The position numbers and the translations under genes are program-made. Source: Thermoplasmata archaeon (GTDB lineage: Archaea > Thermoplasmatota > Thermoplasmata > Sysuiplasmatales > Sysuiplasmataceae). Taken from it: a stretch of DNA of 37,167 bases. The DNA lies in the NCBI GenBank assembly GCA_021796175.1, contig JAJYOM010000001.1:1-37167 (forward strand), given 5' to 3'. The notes beneath the pieces are model-generated. The model saw only the letters and a list, made by a program, of their open reading frames with translations. It ran no database searches and was not told where the DNA came from. Positions 1 to 9,916 of this stretch are shown here, in pieces (the first letter of the stretch is position 1; each line of letters starts with the position of its first letter).

Positions 1-507
1 TTCCGAACTGGTACTTCAGCTGAAAAGTCATCTGGTTTTGCCAAAAGGATTTCAGAGAAGTTTGGTCTTAATACGGTGTTTTCCACCCCGACCGGGGAAC
101 TTGGGAATTTTGATATACTTGTCACTGCCACGACATCCAAGGAACCAGTAATAGCGGACAGGCAGGTTCCAGCAGACTGCCATATCAATGCTATTGGTGC
201 GAACAGAATCGCGGCTTCGGAAATTGAGTCTCAGACATTCTCATCTGCGAAAACAGTTGTTGTCGACTCGATAGATCAGGCGATGATTGAATCAGGCGAC
301 CTGGTAAAGTCAATTGAGTCGGGAGCGATCAAGAAGGACTTCGTCAACGAGGCATGGGAGGTGGTTGGCGGAAGGATAAAGCATAATCCGGACGCCACAA
401 CAGACAGGACCGTATTCAAGTCACTGGGCATAGGTCTCGAGGACATAGTCACTGCAAGATATGTGTACGAAAAAGCACTGAAAGAGGGCATTGGCAGGGA
501 GGTCTGA
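1..507 (+). CDS. Ornithine cyclodeaminase / mu-crystallin family protein (archaeal alanine-dehydrogenase-like), C-terminal part; 5' end outside window
   Basis: Frame 1 is open from nt 1, so the track start at 76 is internal. The C-terminal sequence (CHINAIGANR...TVVVDS...DRTVFKSLGIGLEDIVTARYVYEKA) is typical of the OCD/mu-crystallin family. Stop TGA at 505-507. Confidence 0.75.
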   Translation, partial: FRTGTSAEKSSGFAKRISEKFGLNTVFSTPTGELGNFDILVTATTSKEPVIADRQVPADCHINAIGANRIAASEIESQTFSSAKTVVVDSIDQAMIESGDLVKSIESGAIKKDFVNEAWEVVGGRIKHNPDATTDRTVFKSLGIGLEDIVTARYVYEKALKEGIGREV

Positions 508-595
508 CCACACCTGACAGAAAGCGCATCAGAACCCTTTCCGTTCAGGTTATGACAAAATTGAAGCTCAGAAGCTGAATTGTTTTGCGCTTCGA

Positions 596-3500
596 ATGTG
601 GACTCAATTGAGTCCGAACTGGCAGGCGGCAATGACAATGACAGGCAGTGTAGAATTCAGATTTGGTGATGTCGCGGATGTAGTGGAGAAGGCATATGGT
701 GATGCTGAATCAGGGAAGCTGCTTTTCGTACTTTCTGACTCGGTCGCTGTTTCTCAGGCGAAAGAGATGCTCCTCAAAAGCAGGGAGGTGGTTGACGGGG
801 GTCCGTTCCTAACATTCGAGGACATAGAAAACAGGATAATGCTCAGCGCCGCCTGCATCAGGCCCTTGTTAATTCCAGATTATGTAAGAAGGGTAATTGC
901 CTCGGAAATTGTGGGAGAGATGGCTGGAAGACACAGGGACAGATTCCATCTTGAGCGTCAGTTCTCCTCGGTTCTGCTTGAAGAATTCGATTCGGTGTGG
1001 CCCTCAGTTATCCACGCAGGCTCTGCGGTTGAAAAAATGCTGAAGGGAGTCGCTCAAAATGAATCCGAGAAGAGGAGGTACTCAACCATACTTGAGTTCG
1101 CAGCACTTTATCAAAGTCGCATGTCTGCACTCAGTAACAGCGGCATCTACGACAGGGTAATACTGGCACATGAGGCCGCCACCCATGCATCGGCACTGAG
1201 AAATCAGGGAGTTGAGAGGGTGATGGTTGTAGGGATGGTCTTTGCAGACGGCGTACTTCTGGATCTTCTGAAAGCAATGTCAGAAAGCATCAGTGTAACA
1301 ATTGTATTGATGCCATCCGACCGAGGCAGGAAATCAGTTCAGCTCATGATGAGAAGGCTGGGAGCGGACGGATTCGGGACAGACAAAGGTGCAGGTGATG
1401 CAAGGGCATCAAGCCTGGGAATATTCGGTGCGCCGGACAGGAGAAGGGAGCTCAGAGAGGTAGCGAGGCGCATTCTGCAGGAAATAAATGATAAAACGCT
1501 TTCACTGGGCGACTTCGCCGTGGTCGCCAGATCCATTTCGGAATATGACGATATTGCGAGGGAAGTTTTCAGTGAATATGGCATTGCACTGGAGGGCGGC
1601 GGCAGGAAGAGGCTGCGGGACACCAGGATGTATTCATTCCTTAGAAAAATACTAGATCTGATCGCAGGCGATATCACAAAGTCCAAGTTAATGAGCCTGC
1701 TCGAGCACGACTTCTTCCCAGTTGCCAACAGCAGACTGGGAGAGCTGGCAGTTTCCGTTGCGCATCTGCCCGAATTGATAGACATTGAAACCGGAGAATC
1801 GCCGCTTGGAGATATCAGCTTGCCATGGGGCGAGACTCTAATTTCCTGGCTGAAAAAGTCTCATATGAGGGCCGCTTCACCTATGAGACTGGAGGAGTGG
1901 GTAGGATTTGCCCTTGAACTCATTTCCGGTGCATCCACAGAACTGCTTGCAGATGAGGAATACCTGGCAAATGGAGAATTCATCAGATCGCTTATTGAAG
2001 TGTCATCGGCGTCTGCAGCATACAGGACCGCTTTGCCTGAGATGAAGCTCGATCTCCGCAGTTTCATTGAGATTCTTGAGGATTTTGCGTATGATAAGAC
2101 TTATGCGGCGGGTGAGGAGGGACAGGGACTTCTGTTCACGGATGCCGGTCTTCTGTATTTCAGAAAATTCGCTCACATTTTCGCAGTTGGTATGAGTGAG
2201 GAGGTCTTCCCGTTCAGGCAAAGAGACGGTATGTTCCTGAGGACAACAATGGTAGATTCAATCTCGAGGATGACATCGGCAGCGAGGACATCTACCGATG
2301 CTGTCGACTCCATCGAAGGACATATTTTTGATTCCATACTGGACAGCTCAGCTGCAGTGACATTCTCATACGTCTACAGCGATGAAAGGGGAAGACGGCT
2401 GCTGCCGTCGACCTTTGTGCTGAACACACTCGAGAAGTGCATGGGACGCAGCCGATTGCTCGAAAGGATAGAGGAGAGAAACCTCGATTTTTCTGCATTT
2501 TATCCGGAAGACGGAGCAGTATGGTCAGTGCACGAGCTGGACAGGCTTCGGGCATCATCAGTCTCGGGGGAGGGGGCCATTATTGACGAGAGTGGAGAGA
2601 ACGGAGCAGTAAAAGCTGAATTCACCGATGTAGTTGAGAGGGGGCGTATCGCCGATGCTGATCCGCTCGAGTGGCGTATTCCTCCCGAAAAGTTGATGAA
2701 ACTGGTAGGTGACAGAACGCTCTCGGCCACCGATCTGTCAGAATATGCAAAATGCCCTTTCAGGTATGTTGCGACCAGAATACTCTCGGCTGTGCCCTCA
2801 ATGCCGCCCATGAATCCGCTTGACAGGGGAGCTCAAATGCACGAGATACTGAAGCGCTTCTACGAGCAGCATGGGCTGGAATACTTGCGGTGCAAGCCAT
2901 TAAATGAAGTGCAGGCTGAGATGGAGAGATGCACGGATGAATACTTCGTCTCTAAATACGGCAGCACATCCTCAATGGGACTTATGTTCTCCATACATGT
3001 GGCGGATATCAAGTCAGCACTCCTTGAATTCATTGGCAGGGATGCCGGAGACGAGACGCTCATGAAAGGAGAATTGGTAGGGCTGGAGCAGAGGTTTGGC
3101 TACTCAGACCAGAAGGAGTTCTTGATCGGCGGACACAGATTCCGCGGGATCATCGACAGGGTAGAGACAGTGGACATAGAGAATGGGAACCTCCTGGTAT
3201 ATGACTACAAATCCGGAAACCCTGACAACCTCACAAGGAAGTACTTCAGGGCGGATGGTCCGCTGCTTGATTTCGGCGTTCCGCTCTATGCACTTTACCT
3301 GAATGATGTTGAAAATAAAAAACTGGCTGGCGCTTTCTACTATATGCTTCTCAAGGCAGATGACAGGCCCGACAGGGCAGGGATCGCAAGGGAGGAGGCA
3401 CTTGAGAACCTCCCAGGCGTTGACAGGAGAAAGCGGTCCTACTTTTCAATAAAACCTGGTCAGGAGTTTGATGAGGAAATCAGCAGACTCAGGGAGGCAG

Positions 3501-3613
3501 TTTGTGAAGTTTCGGACAGTATCACAAGCGGCATATTCAGGGTGGAGCCAAGAGAAGGTGAGTGTGAATACTGCCAGCATTTTGCAATATGCAGGTACGG
3601 TGGTCAGGTGTAA
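596..3613 (+). CDS. AddB/RexB-like PD-(D/E)XK nuclease subunit with helicase-like but Walker-A-less N-terminal region and C-terminal Cys4 (Fe-S) signature
   Basis: 1005-aa ORF with no GxGKT motif seen. C-terminal RecB-type nuclease motifs GIIDRVE...LLVYDYKSG. One Cys codon at 2753-2755 plus CEYCQHFAIC (CxxCx5C, 3563-3592). The stop overlaps the next start as TAATG. The start could also be ATG 632 or 638. Confidence 0.7.
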   Translation: MWTQLSPNWQAAMTMTGSVEFRFGDVADVVEKAYGDAESGKLLFVLSDSVAVSQAKEMLLKSREVVDGGPFLTFEDIENRIMLSAACIRPLLIPDYVRRVIASEIVGEMAGRHRDRFHLERQFSSVLLEEFDSVWPSVIHAGSAVEKMLKGVAQNESEKRRYSTILEFAALYQSRMSALSNSGIYDRVILAHEAATHASALRNQGVERVMVVGMVFADGVLLDLLKAMSESISVTIVLMPSDRGRKSVQLMMRRLGADGFGTDKGAGDARASSLGIFGAPDRRRELREVARRILQEINDKTLSLGDFAVVARSISEYDDIAREVFSEYGIALEGGGRKRLRDTRMYSFLRKILDLIAGDITKSKLMSLLEHDFFPVANSRLGELAVSVAHLPELIDIETGESPLGDISLPWGETLISWLKKSHMRAASPMRLEEWVGFALELISGASTELLADEEYLANGEFIRSLIEVSSASAAYRTALPEMKLDLRSFIEILEDFAYDKTYAAGEEGQGLLFTDAGLLYFRKFAHIFAVGMSEEVFPFRQRDGMFLRTTMVDSISRMTSAARTSTDAVDSIEGHIFDSILDSSAAVTFSYVYSDERGRRLLPSTFVLNTLEKCMGRSRLLERIEERNLDFSAFYPEDGAVWSVHELDRLRASSVSGEGAIIDESGENGAVKAEFTDVVERGRIADADPLEWRIPPEKLMKLVGDRTLSATDLSEYAKCPFRYVATRILSAVPSMPPMNPLDRGAQMHEILKRFYEQHGLEYLRCKPLNEVQAEMERCTDEYFVSKYGSTSSMGLMFSIHVADIKSALLEFIGRDAGDETLMKGELVGLEQRFGYSDQKEFLIGGHRFRGIIDRVETVDIENGNLLVYDYKSGNPDNLTRKYFRADGPLLDFGVPLYALYLNDVENKKLAGAFYYMLLKADDRPDRAGIAREEALENLPGVDRRKRSYFSIKPGQEFDEEISRLREAVCEVSDSITSGIFRVEPREGECEYCQHFAICRYGGQV

Positions 3614-6600
3614 TGGAAGAGCATGGGAAATGCGGGCTCACGGATGAGCAGCTTGCCGTCGTTGAAGCAATAACTGCTGGCAAAATGGTCCTCGCAAAAG
3701 CAGGGGCTGGAAGCGGCAAGACGAAGACTCTTGTGGAGGCATATGCACGACTTGTCGAAAAGGCGAAGGATGCGGCAAACCCATTCGACAGAATACTGGC
3801 GATCACATTCACCAATGAGGCCGCTTACAAACTGAAGAAGGCAGTGTTCGACAGAACAGACAGCGATGTCAGGGCGTTGTTAACAGACAACATCTCAACT
3901 ATACACTCTTTCTGCAATTCTGTGCTTTCCGCACATCTTGTTGAGCTATCCATCAAACCTTCATACGTCATAGCGGACGAGGGCAGTGTGACTGAAGCGG
4001 CATTTGGCATCATCGACAGGATCGCATCTGCCGCCTACGGTGCTGATGAGGAGCTTAGGCGCCTCATTGCAGCGTACGGCTATGATGCAATCGGCCGGTC
4101 GGGTTTCAGGCAGGCACTTTACGGTATTTACTCTGCCATGAGAATGCAAGGAATCAGGGAAAGGGAGCTGGAGAGCCTGCTGGCAATCGGGTCCGGCAAG
4201 CTGCTTGAATTCACCTCTTCCGAGTCTGTCCTGCAGAAGGACGTGCCGATTGACAATGCAACACGTGATTTTGTTGGCAGGGCTGCAGGTACCTTCGGCA
4301 GATATCTGATACGCTTCTGGAGGGAGTTTGAAAATTACAAAAAACTGGAAGGTATGCTGACCTTCGACGACGTGCTTTACTACACATACCAGCTGCTCTC
4401 AGACCACGATTATATACGTGATTTCTACAGGAAGGAATTCGATTACATTCTGGTTGATGAATTCCAGGACACGGACAGGCTGCAATATGAAATCATAACC
4501 ATGATTTCCGATGGGAACAGGCTCGCGTTCGTAGGCGATCAGAAGCAGTCGATCTACGAGTGGAGAAACGCCGATCCAGCTATTATCAACAGCGTGGAAA
4601 GGGAGATAACATCCAGCGGAAGGGGAATATCGCTGGAAATGTCAGACAATTTCAGGAGCACTCCGCAGCTCATCTCGTTTTTCAATCTGGTATTTGCCAG
4701 GGTGTTTGAGAAAGGAAGCATAAGTTACACCGCCATGAGGCATGCGAACAGCTCGATGACAGACCTGGATGAACCTGCAGTGAGGATCATGCTCCCCGGT
4801 GGAGCGAACATAGGCGAAAGAAGGGAAAGGGAGGCTTCGCTGATTTGCGAGGAGGCCAGGAGGCTTGTTTCATCCGACATTCATGTAGAGGGTGAGGAAA
4901 ACGGACAGCTCAGACCTCTGGCGCTCAGGGACATGGCAATACTCTTCCGATCAAGGACGCCTGTGGAAATATATGCAAGGGCGCTCAGAGAAAACGGCAT
5001 TCCTTTCATCCATGTGCAGAGCGAGTCCTTCTTCGAAAAGAGGGAGGTGATTGATATCATGAATTACCTGAACCATCTAGCAGACCCGGCTGACAGATTC
5101 TACACGTTTGCTTCGCTCAGATCGCCGCTCTTCGGTTTGAGCGACGAGACTCTGATTTCACTGTCTGCAAACAGGTTTGATGTTGTCAAAACAGCAGGCG
5201 AGGCTAATGGCAGGGGCAGGGAGAAACTGCTGCTGTTTGCCTCAATTGATGAAGAGTGTTCAAGGAACAGGAATGCGTTTGCACACAGGATGCTTTCCGT
5301 CGCAATAGAAAAGACAAGAATCGATCTTGTCTACCTGTCAGCAAGAGGCGGAAAGCAGGCGTACGCGAATATACTCAAGCTCCTTGACATGATAAGGTCC
5401 ATGGAAAAGGACGGACCCGTGGGCCTGCTGGAGGCAGTCAGGTCATTGAACAGAATGGCTGAAGAGGGAACAGGAGAGTCGGAATATCCGCTCAATGATG
5501 AGAGAAGCGATGCAATAAGGTTAATGACTGTGCATGCCAGCAAGGGACTCGAATTCCCTGTGGTTTTTGTTGCAGACAGCTCACGGGAAAACAGGAATGG
5601 AAAGTCAGACAGTTTCTACCATCCTGAACTTGGTGTAGTTCCCGGTGTTCCCAGGAAGGGAAGGGAAACAACTAGGGATGGTGTGAGGGCTGTAAACAGC
5701 GCAGCATCCATCAGAAGGAATGAGAGCGCGCAGCAGGAGGACAGGAGGATCTTCTATGTCTCTCTCACAAGGGCAAGACAACTCCTGTACCTGTCACAAT
5801 TCGAGTCAAGGAAGAAGAACGATCCCAGCTGGAATGGGACGATAAACTCAATCATTCCGCTTAACCCGGGCGGCAGGGTGCTGCAGCTGACACCCGATTG
5901 CAGCGTCCTGTTCATCAGGCCCGGATCACAGAAGCAGGCTCGTGGCGCCATGACAGGAAGAGTTCGCATTAAGCCTGTGGTCAATACACTTCCCGCTCGA
6001 CTGGTGCGGCAGGAAGGAATTAGGACAATCGCGACTGAGCTAGCTGATTTCATGGTCTGCCCTCTCAGAAAGAAACTGGGGAAGGCTGCTCCTTCCGCCA
6101 GTGGCATCAGGGACAGAATAATCGCGGCAGAAAGGGGCAACGCTGTTCATTCCCTGCTCGAGGACTATAACTATGTTACAGGAGTATTTCCCTTCAGTCC
6201 TGCGCTGGCGGACACCGCCGGAGATGAAATCAGGAAACTTGCAAGTGGATTCATCAAATCAGTTTACGGTGAAATCGTTCACTCCGCAATTTTATCCGGG
6301 AAACTCAGGAGGGAGTTTCCATTCACGATGAAGAGGGGAGCTCATACGATCTCAGGCAAGATTGACCTTGTGGCCGAAGAGGGAGGGAATGTCTGTATTG
6401 TCGACTACAAGACGGGAGACATATCGAGGCATACACCCGAATATACGAACCAGCTGATGCTCTACGCAATTATGCTCAGGGAGCTGGGCGGGAAGAACAG
6501 ATTCAGGCTTGTAAACTTCGCGGTGGACAATCCGTCGCTGACGAGGGATTTTTCTGTCGGGAAGGAGGAGCTGGACTCGTTTGGAATGAGACTTGATGCC

Positions 6601-6738
6601 GCACTTGCAGATATGGTCAAAGGGGTAGAGGGAGCAAGTCCTTCTCCTGAAAACTGCGGCGGCTGCGACTTCAAATCAACATGCGAATTTGCTGACCCAC
6701 CTGAAAGAAAGAGGGCGGGGAACATGGTTAGTCTGTAA
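3613..6738 (+). CDS. AddA-like UvrD/Rep-family SF1 helicase fused to a RecB-type nuclease domain (also carrying a Cys4 signature)
   Basis: Helicase motifs: Walker A AGAGSGKTKT, motif II ILVDEFQDT, VGDQKQSIYEWRNA, DNFRS, VHASKGLEFPVVFV, FYVSLTRARQLLYL. C-terminal nuclease motifs GKIDLV...CIVDYKTG...NQLMLY. Cys at 6058-6060 plus CGGCDFKSTC (6655-6684). I prefer ATG 3613 (TAATG coupling) over the in-frame ATG 3589 given in the track. Confidence 0.85.
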   Translation: MEEHGKCGLTDEQLAVVEAITAGKMVLAKAGAGSGKTKTLVEAYARLVEKAKDAANPFDRILAITFTNEAAYKLKKAVFDRTDSDVRALLTDNISTIHSFCNSVLSAHLVELSIKPSYVIADEGSVTEAAFGIIDRIASAAYGADEELRRLIAAYGYDAIGRSGFRQALYGIYSAMRMQGIRERELESLLAIGSGKLLEFTSSESVLQKDVPIDNATRDFVGRAAGTFGRYLIRFWREFENYKKLEGMLTFDDVLYYTYQLLSDHDYIRDFYRKEFDYILVDEFQDTDRLQYEIITMISDGNRLAFVGDQKQSIYEWRNADPAIINSVEREITSSGRGISLEMSDNFRSTPQLISFFNLVFARVFEKGSISYTAMRHANSSMTDLDEPAVRIMLPGGANIGERREREASLICEEARRLVSSDIHVEGEENGQLRPLALRDMAILFRSRTPVEIYARALRENGIPFIHVQSESFFEKREVIDIMNYLNHLADPADRFYTFASLRSPLFGLSDETLISLSANRFDVVKTAGEANGRGREKLLLFASIDEECSRNRNAFAHRMLSVAIEKTRIDLVYLSARGGKQAYANILKLLDMIRSMEKDGPVGLLEAVRSLNRMAEEGTGESEYPLNDERSDAIRLMTVHASKGLEFPVVFVADSSRENRNGKSDSFYHPELGVVPGVPRKGRETTRDGVRAVNSAASIRRNESAQQEDRRIFYVSLTRARQLLYLSQFESRKKNDPSWNGTINSIIPLNPGGRVLQLTPDCSVLFIRPGSQKQARGAMTGRVRIKPVVNTLPARLVRQEGIRTIATELADFMVCPLRKKLGKAAPSASGIRDRIIAAERGNAVHSLLEDYNYVTGVFPFSPALADTAGDEIRKLASGFIKSVYGEIVHSAILSGKLRREFPFTMKRGAHTISGKIDLVAEEGGNVCIVDYKTGDISRHTPEYTNQLMLYAIMLRELGGKNRFRLVNFAVDNPSLTRDFSVGKEELDSFGMRLDAALADMVKGVEGASPSPENCGGCDFKSTCEFADPPERKRAGNMVSL

Positions 6739-6800
6739 TGCACGCAGCACGCGAGTCATACCATAATAAATAAGGCAGTGACTGTGGATATTAGAGTAAT

Positions 6801-7547
6801 GTGTTGGAAAGCATGCTAGATGGAGGGAATGCATCTTCGTCATGTATTGTGCTGGACAGCGTGAAGAAGGCTTACGGGAACACACCTGCACTGGACGGCC
6901 TCAGCATCGACATCCCACAGGGGGAGAAGTTCGCACTCATAGGGCCTAACGGCGCCGGTAAGAGCACCACGCTCAAGCTGCTTGTAGGATTGCTGAGGCC
7001 GGACTCTGGCACTGTGTCTATAATGGGATACAATCCCACATCAATCCAGGCAAAGAAACTGATAGGTTACCTGCCCGAGGATGCATCACCGTACGCGACA
7101 CTAAGCGTCCGTGAGAACCTGGAATACATTGGCGCGTTGAGGGGAGTGGATGATGCAGGTGAAAGGATTGATTTGCTGCTCGGCGAGCTGTCACTCTCCG
7201 AATACGAAAGGTCAAAGGTAGGAAAACTGTCCAGGGGAAACAGGCAGAAGCTGGCTGTTGCACTTGCACTTATACACAGACCGAAAGTGATACTTCTGGA
7301 TGAGCCGCTCAACTACCTTGACATACCTACACAGGAGAGGGTTGTCAGCATGCTCGAACAGCTCAATGCGACAGTGCTTGTGTCAACGCACATAATGTCA
7401 ATTGCGGAGCGGCTGACTGACGGTGCAATAGTCATATCAAGAGGAAGAAAGGTCTGGAGCGGGAGCATGAAGGAGCTTCAGGCGCAGGCGAGAGGTACCG
7501 AATCAATAGAAAGTGTTGTCGTGAGGCTGATGACAGGTGCTGAGTAG
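6801..7547 (+). CDS. ABC transporter ATP-binding protein (ABC-2 exporter type)
   Basis: Walker [13 protein letters not shown], signature [14 protein letters not shown], Walker B ILLDEP. GTG 6801 or ATG 6813 could be the start. The 3' end overlaps the next ORF by 11 nt. Confidence 0.9.
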   Translation: MLESMLDGGNASSSCIVLDSVKKAYGNTPALDGLSIDIPQGEKFALIGPNGAGKSTTLKLLVGLLRPDSGTVSIMGYNPTSIQAKKLIGYLPEDASPYATLSVRENLEYIGALRGVDDAGERIDLLLGELSLSEYERSKVGKLSRGNRQKLAVALALIHRPKVILLDEPLNYLDIPTQERVVSMLEQLNATVLVSTHIMSIAERLTDGAIVISRGRKVWSGSMKELQAQARGTESIESVVVRLMTGAE

Positions 7548-8949
7548 ACTTGTCAAGTTCCTGATAATCACAAGGTTTTCCAGGGGTCTCGTCGCGTTCA
7601 TACTCGTTTTCCTGGGCTATTCCGTCATACTGGGAACAGTCTACAACAATTTCGAGACGACATCCAACCCTTTTTTCAATTACTACCTTGTGGGCATACT
7701 TGTATTCCTGACGGTCTTCATGGTGTTTCTGGGCGGTGTCGCTCTGATGAAATCAGATCTGGACTATCTCTTCACACTACCGCTCAACAGGGGCGAGCTT
7801 GTGGTGAGCCTGTACCTGGCGCAGTTTATGGCAACAGGTGTGTCTTTCCTGTTCGCCGTCGGTTATGTGCTGCCGTACGTATCTGGTGGACTCGCAGTCA
7901 AGGCGGTGATGGCAGGCGACATTGCGCTGCTTGCATTGCTTGTCACATCACTGAGCATAATCTCATTCAGACTCTCACAGAAGCAGAAGGCGTTTCTTGC
8001 ATCTGCACTGGGTATCTGGGCACTTCTGCCGATATTTGGATTCAATTACTCCTACACGTCCATCTTCATGGGCAATACCGTCGCCGGAACGATCATAATC
8101 GCTGCGCTGGACGTGCCATTCAACTTCTACGCGGTAAGGCAGCTGTTTGACATTGAGATAGGTTTCCTCAAGACCACTGCAAGAAGAGCTGGTTCTGAGT
8201 TCAGGAGGCCCGAAAGCTTCTCCGGCCTCAGCCCGGTAAGAGCGATATTTGCACATCATCTTTCCGAGCTGAGCCTCACCGGCAGGTTCGGCATTGGAGG
8301 CAGCGTGAGCGTGAGGATTTCGAGAATAAGGCTCTATTACCTTCTCATACCCGCACTCTTCCTCGGGGGGATTTATCTTTATCTTGCACTGAAAGAGGGC
8401 AATTCCGGGCCACTGAACGTCGCAATGCTGCTCGCCTCTCTATATATTGGTATATTCACTTCGATACTCTTCGCGCAGGAAGTGCTGTCGCACGAAAGGG
8501 CCTGGCTTGCATTTGTCTCCCTGCCGGTGGAGGTCTACTGGAGGAGTCTTGCTGTCTCCAAGATACTCCAGACCTACGTCATGATGGTGCCGTTCATCGG
8601 TGCAGACATTGTCCTCCTGGCGCTTGGTTTTCATGGAGCGCTAAACACACTGCTATTCATGGGAATAGTTGTGCCGCTGTCCCCTGTGGTGACGATATAC
8701 TTCGGTTCCAGGCTTTCTGTCAATCAGATAGTCGACACTGAGATAATGTCAGGGCAGCAGAACCTGAGACAGATGCTCTCGCTTGGACCGATACTCATTC
8801 TTGCAATAATGTCAATCATTTCAATCGTCTCGCTGATTGGAGCAGTGGTCGTTGTGTTCATAGCGGTTGCTTCAGACTGCTACCTCGTCTTCAGCAGCAC
8901 TGTTTCTGAGAACATGGTTTTCGGACTGACTGAAAAAGGCTTTGTCTGA
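7537..8949 (+). CDS. Polytopic membrane protein, probable internally duplicated permease partner of the upstream ABC ATPase
   Basis: 470 aa with roughly 10-12 hydrophobic segments. It overlaps the ATPase stop. Each half has a similar loop motif ([18 protein letters not shown] and [20 protein letters not shown]). I recognise no specific family beyond putative ABC exporter permease. Confidence 0.6.
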   Translation: MLSRLVKFLIITRFSRGLVAFILVFLGYSVILGTVYNNFETTSNPFFNYYLVGILVFLTVFMVFLGGVALMKSDLDYLFTLPLNRGELVVSLYLAQFMATGVSFLFAVGYVLPYVSGGLAVKAVMAGDIALLALLVTSLSIISFRLSQKQKAFLASALGIWALLPIFGFNYSYTSIFMGNTVAGTIIIAALDVPFNFYAVRQLFDIEIGFLKTTARRAGSEFRRPESFSGLSPVRAIFAHHLSELSLTGRFGIGGSVSVRISRIRLYYLLIPALFLGGIYLYLALKEGNSGPLNVAMLLASLYIGIFTSILFAQEVLSHERAWLAFVSLPVEVYWRSLAVSKILQTYVMMVPFIGADIVLLALGFHGALNTLLFMGIVVPLSPVVTIYFGSRLSVNQIVDTEIMSGQQNLRQMLSLGPILILAIMSIISIVSLIGAVVVVFIAVASDCYLVFSSTVSENMVFGLTEKGFV

Positions 8950-8966
8950 GGATAATATCCTCAGAC
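8944..8966. terminator. Perfect 23-nt palindrome (11-bp arms, 1-nt centre) between two convergent ABC operons; candidate bidirectional terminator hairpin or protein-binding site
   Basis: GTCTGAGGATA-A-TATCCTCAGAC. The left arm contains the TGA stop (8947-8949) of the + gene. The - gene stop is at 8981-8983. No clear oligo-T tract follows on either strand. Confidence 0.4.
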
Positions 8967-8980
8967 ACTCAACTTCAGTC

Positions 8981-9916
8981 TCACCTTGAGAGGTATCTCC
9001 ATGACAGGAAGATGCCGAAACCTGAGAACAGAGCGGCGAATGCAACAAGGAAGAGGAAGTCAAAGCCGAGTGGCGCAAATCCCGGCGAACCCAGAAGCAG
9101 CTGCCTGCCCGCATCAGTTGCATAGCTCACTGGGTTGAGCTTTGTCACAACCTGGAGCCAAGCGGGCATCAACTTTGAGGGGAAGAGCGCATTGCTGGCA
9201 AACAGCAGCGGAAGGTTCAGAAGGTTCATGATGGCCATCTGGCTCTGCCAGTCAGTAGACCTGAGCGCCAGCATGAGGAAGAGCGCTGACAGTCCCATCG
9301 CCATCAGGAACATGGCGGCGAAGGTACCAGCGAGGCCGGCAACAGTCAACTTGCTTGTGTCCATCCCCAGAAGCACTGCCACTATCAGGACTATCGCCGC
9401 CTGGGCCAGTGAGCGTATCACGCTGGAGAGTACCTTTCCCATTATTATGGAGCCCCTCGCAACCGGCGTGCTGAGCAGCTTGTCGAGAAAACCGAATCTC
9501 CTGTCCCAGACAATCGACATACCGCTGAACATCGCAGTGAACAGTATGATGAATGATAGCATGCCGACAGCCAGGAATGAGAAGTAATCTGTGGTGCCGA
9601 ATGTGCTCAGCATTGCCTGTTTCGCGATGAGATCAAGTGTCGACTTGGGTATATTCAGTCCGGGTATGTTGAATGAAGTACCGGTAAAAAGTGCACCGAA
9701 GTTCATCGCCTTTCCGAACAGTCCAAGCCAGATGATCGGCTGTATTATGGACAGGAAGAGCAGCACCGGCACCTTATACCATTTCTTGAGTTCCCTGTTC
9801 GTCAGTGCCCAGAGGCCATGCAACATCCCTCTGTTTATGGGGACATCTCGCTCTTCCTCCACCAGATATCTTCTAGTCACATTGTTTGTGTTGGCAGTTT
9901 GCACCATTGAAATCAC
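8981..9916 (-). CDS. ABC-2 type transporter permease (DrrB/NodJ-like)
   Basis: 311 aa, about 6 TM segments, with typical ABC-2 layout. The GTG start overlaps the upstream ATPase stop (GTGA at 9913-9916). Confidence 0.85.
   Translation of the reverse strand: MISMVQTANTNNVTRRYLVEEERDVPINRGMLHGLWALTNRELKKWYKVPVLLFLSIIQPIIWLGLFGKAMNFGALFTGTSFNIPGLNIPKSTLDLIAKQAMLSTFGTTDYFSFLAVGMLSFIILFTAMFSGMSIVWDRRFGFLDKLLSTPVARGSIIMGKVLSSVIRSLAQAAIVLIVAVLLGMDTSKLTVAGLAGTFAAMFLMAMGLSALFLMLALRSTDWQSQMAIMNLLNLPLLFASNALFPSKLMPAWLQVVTKLNPVSYATDAGRQLLLGSPGFAPLGFDFLFLVAFAALFSGFGIFLSWRYLSR

Noticed and set aside
600-615. 16-nt perfect palindrome GGACTCAATTGAGTCC right after the AddB-like ATG.
   Set aside because: By my estimate an 8-bp-arm palindrome is expected about 0.5 times per 37 kb by chance, and this one lies inside the probable coding region. 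I note it only as a reason the true start might be ATG 632 or 638.
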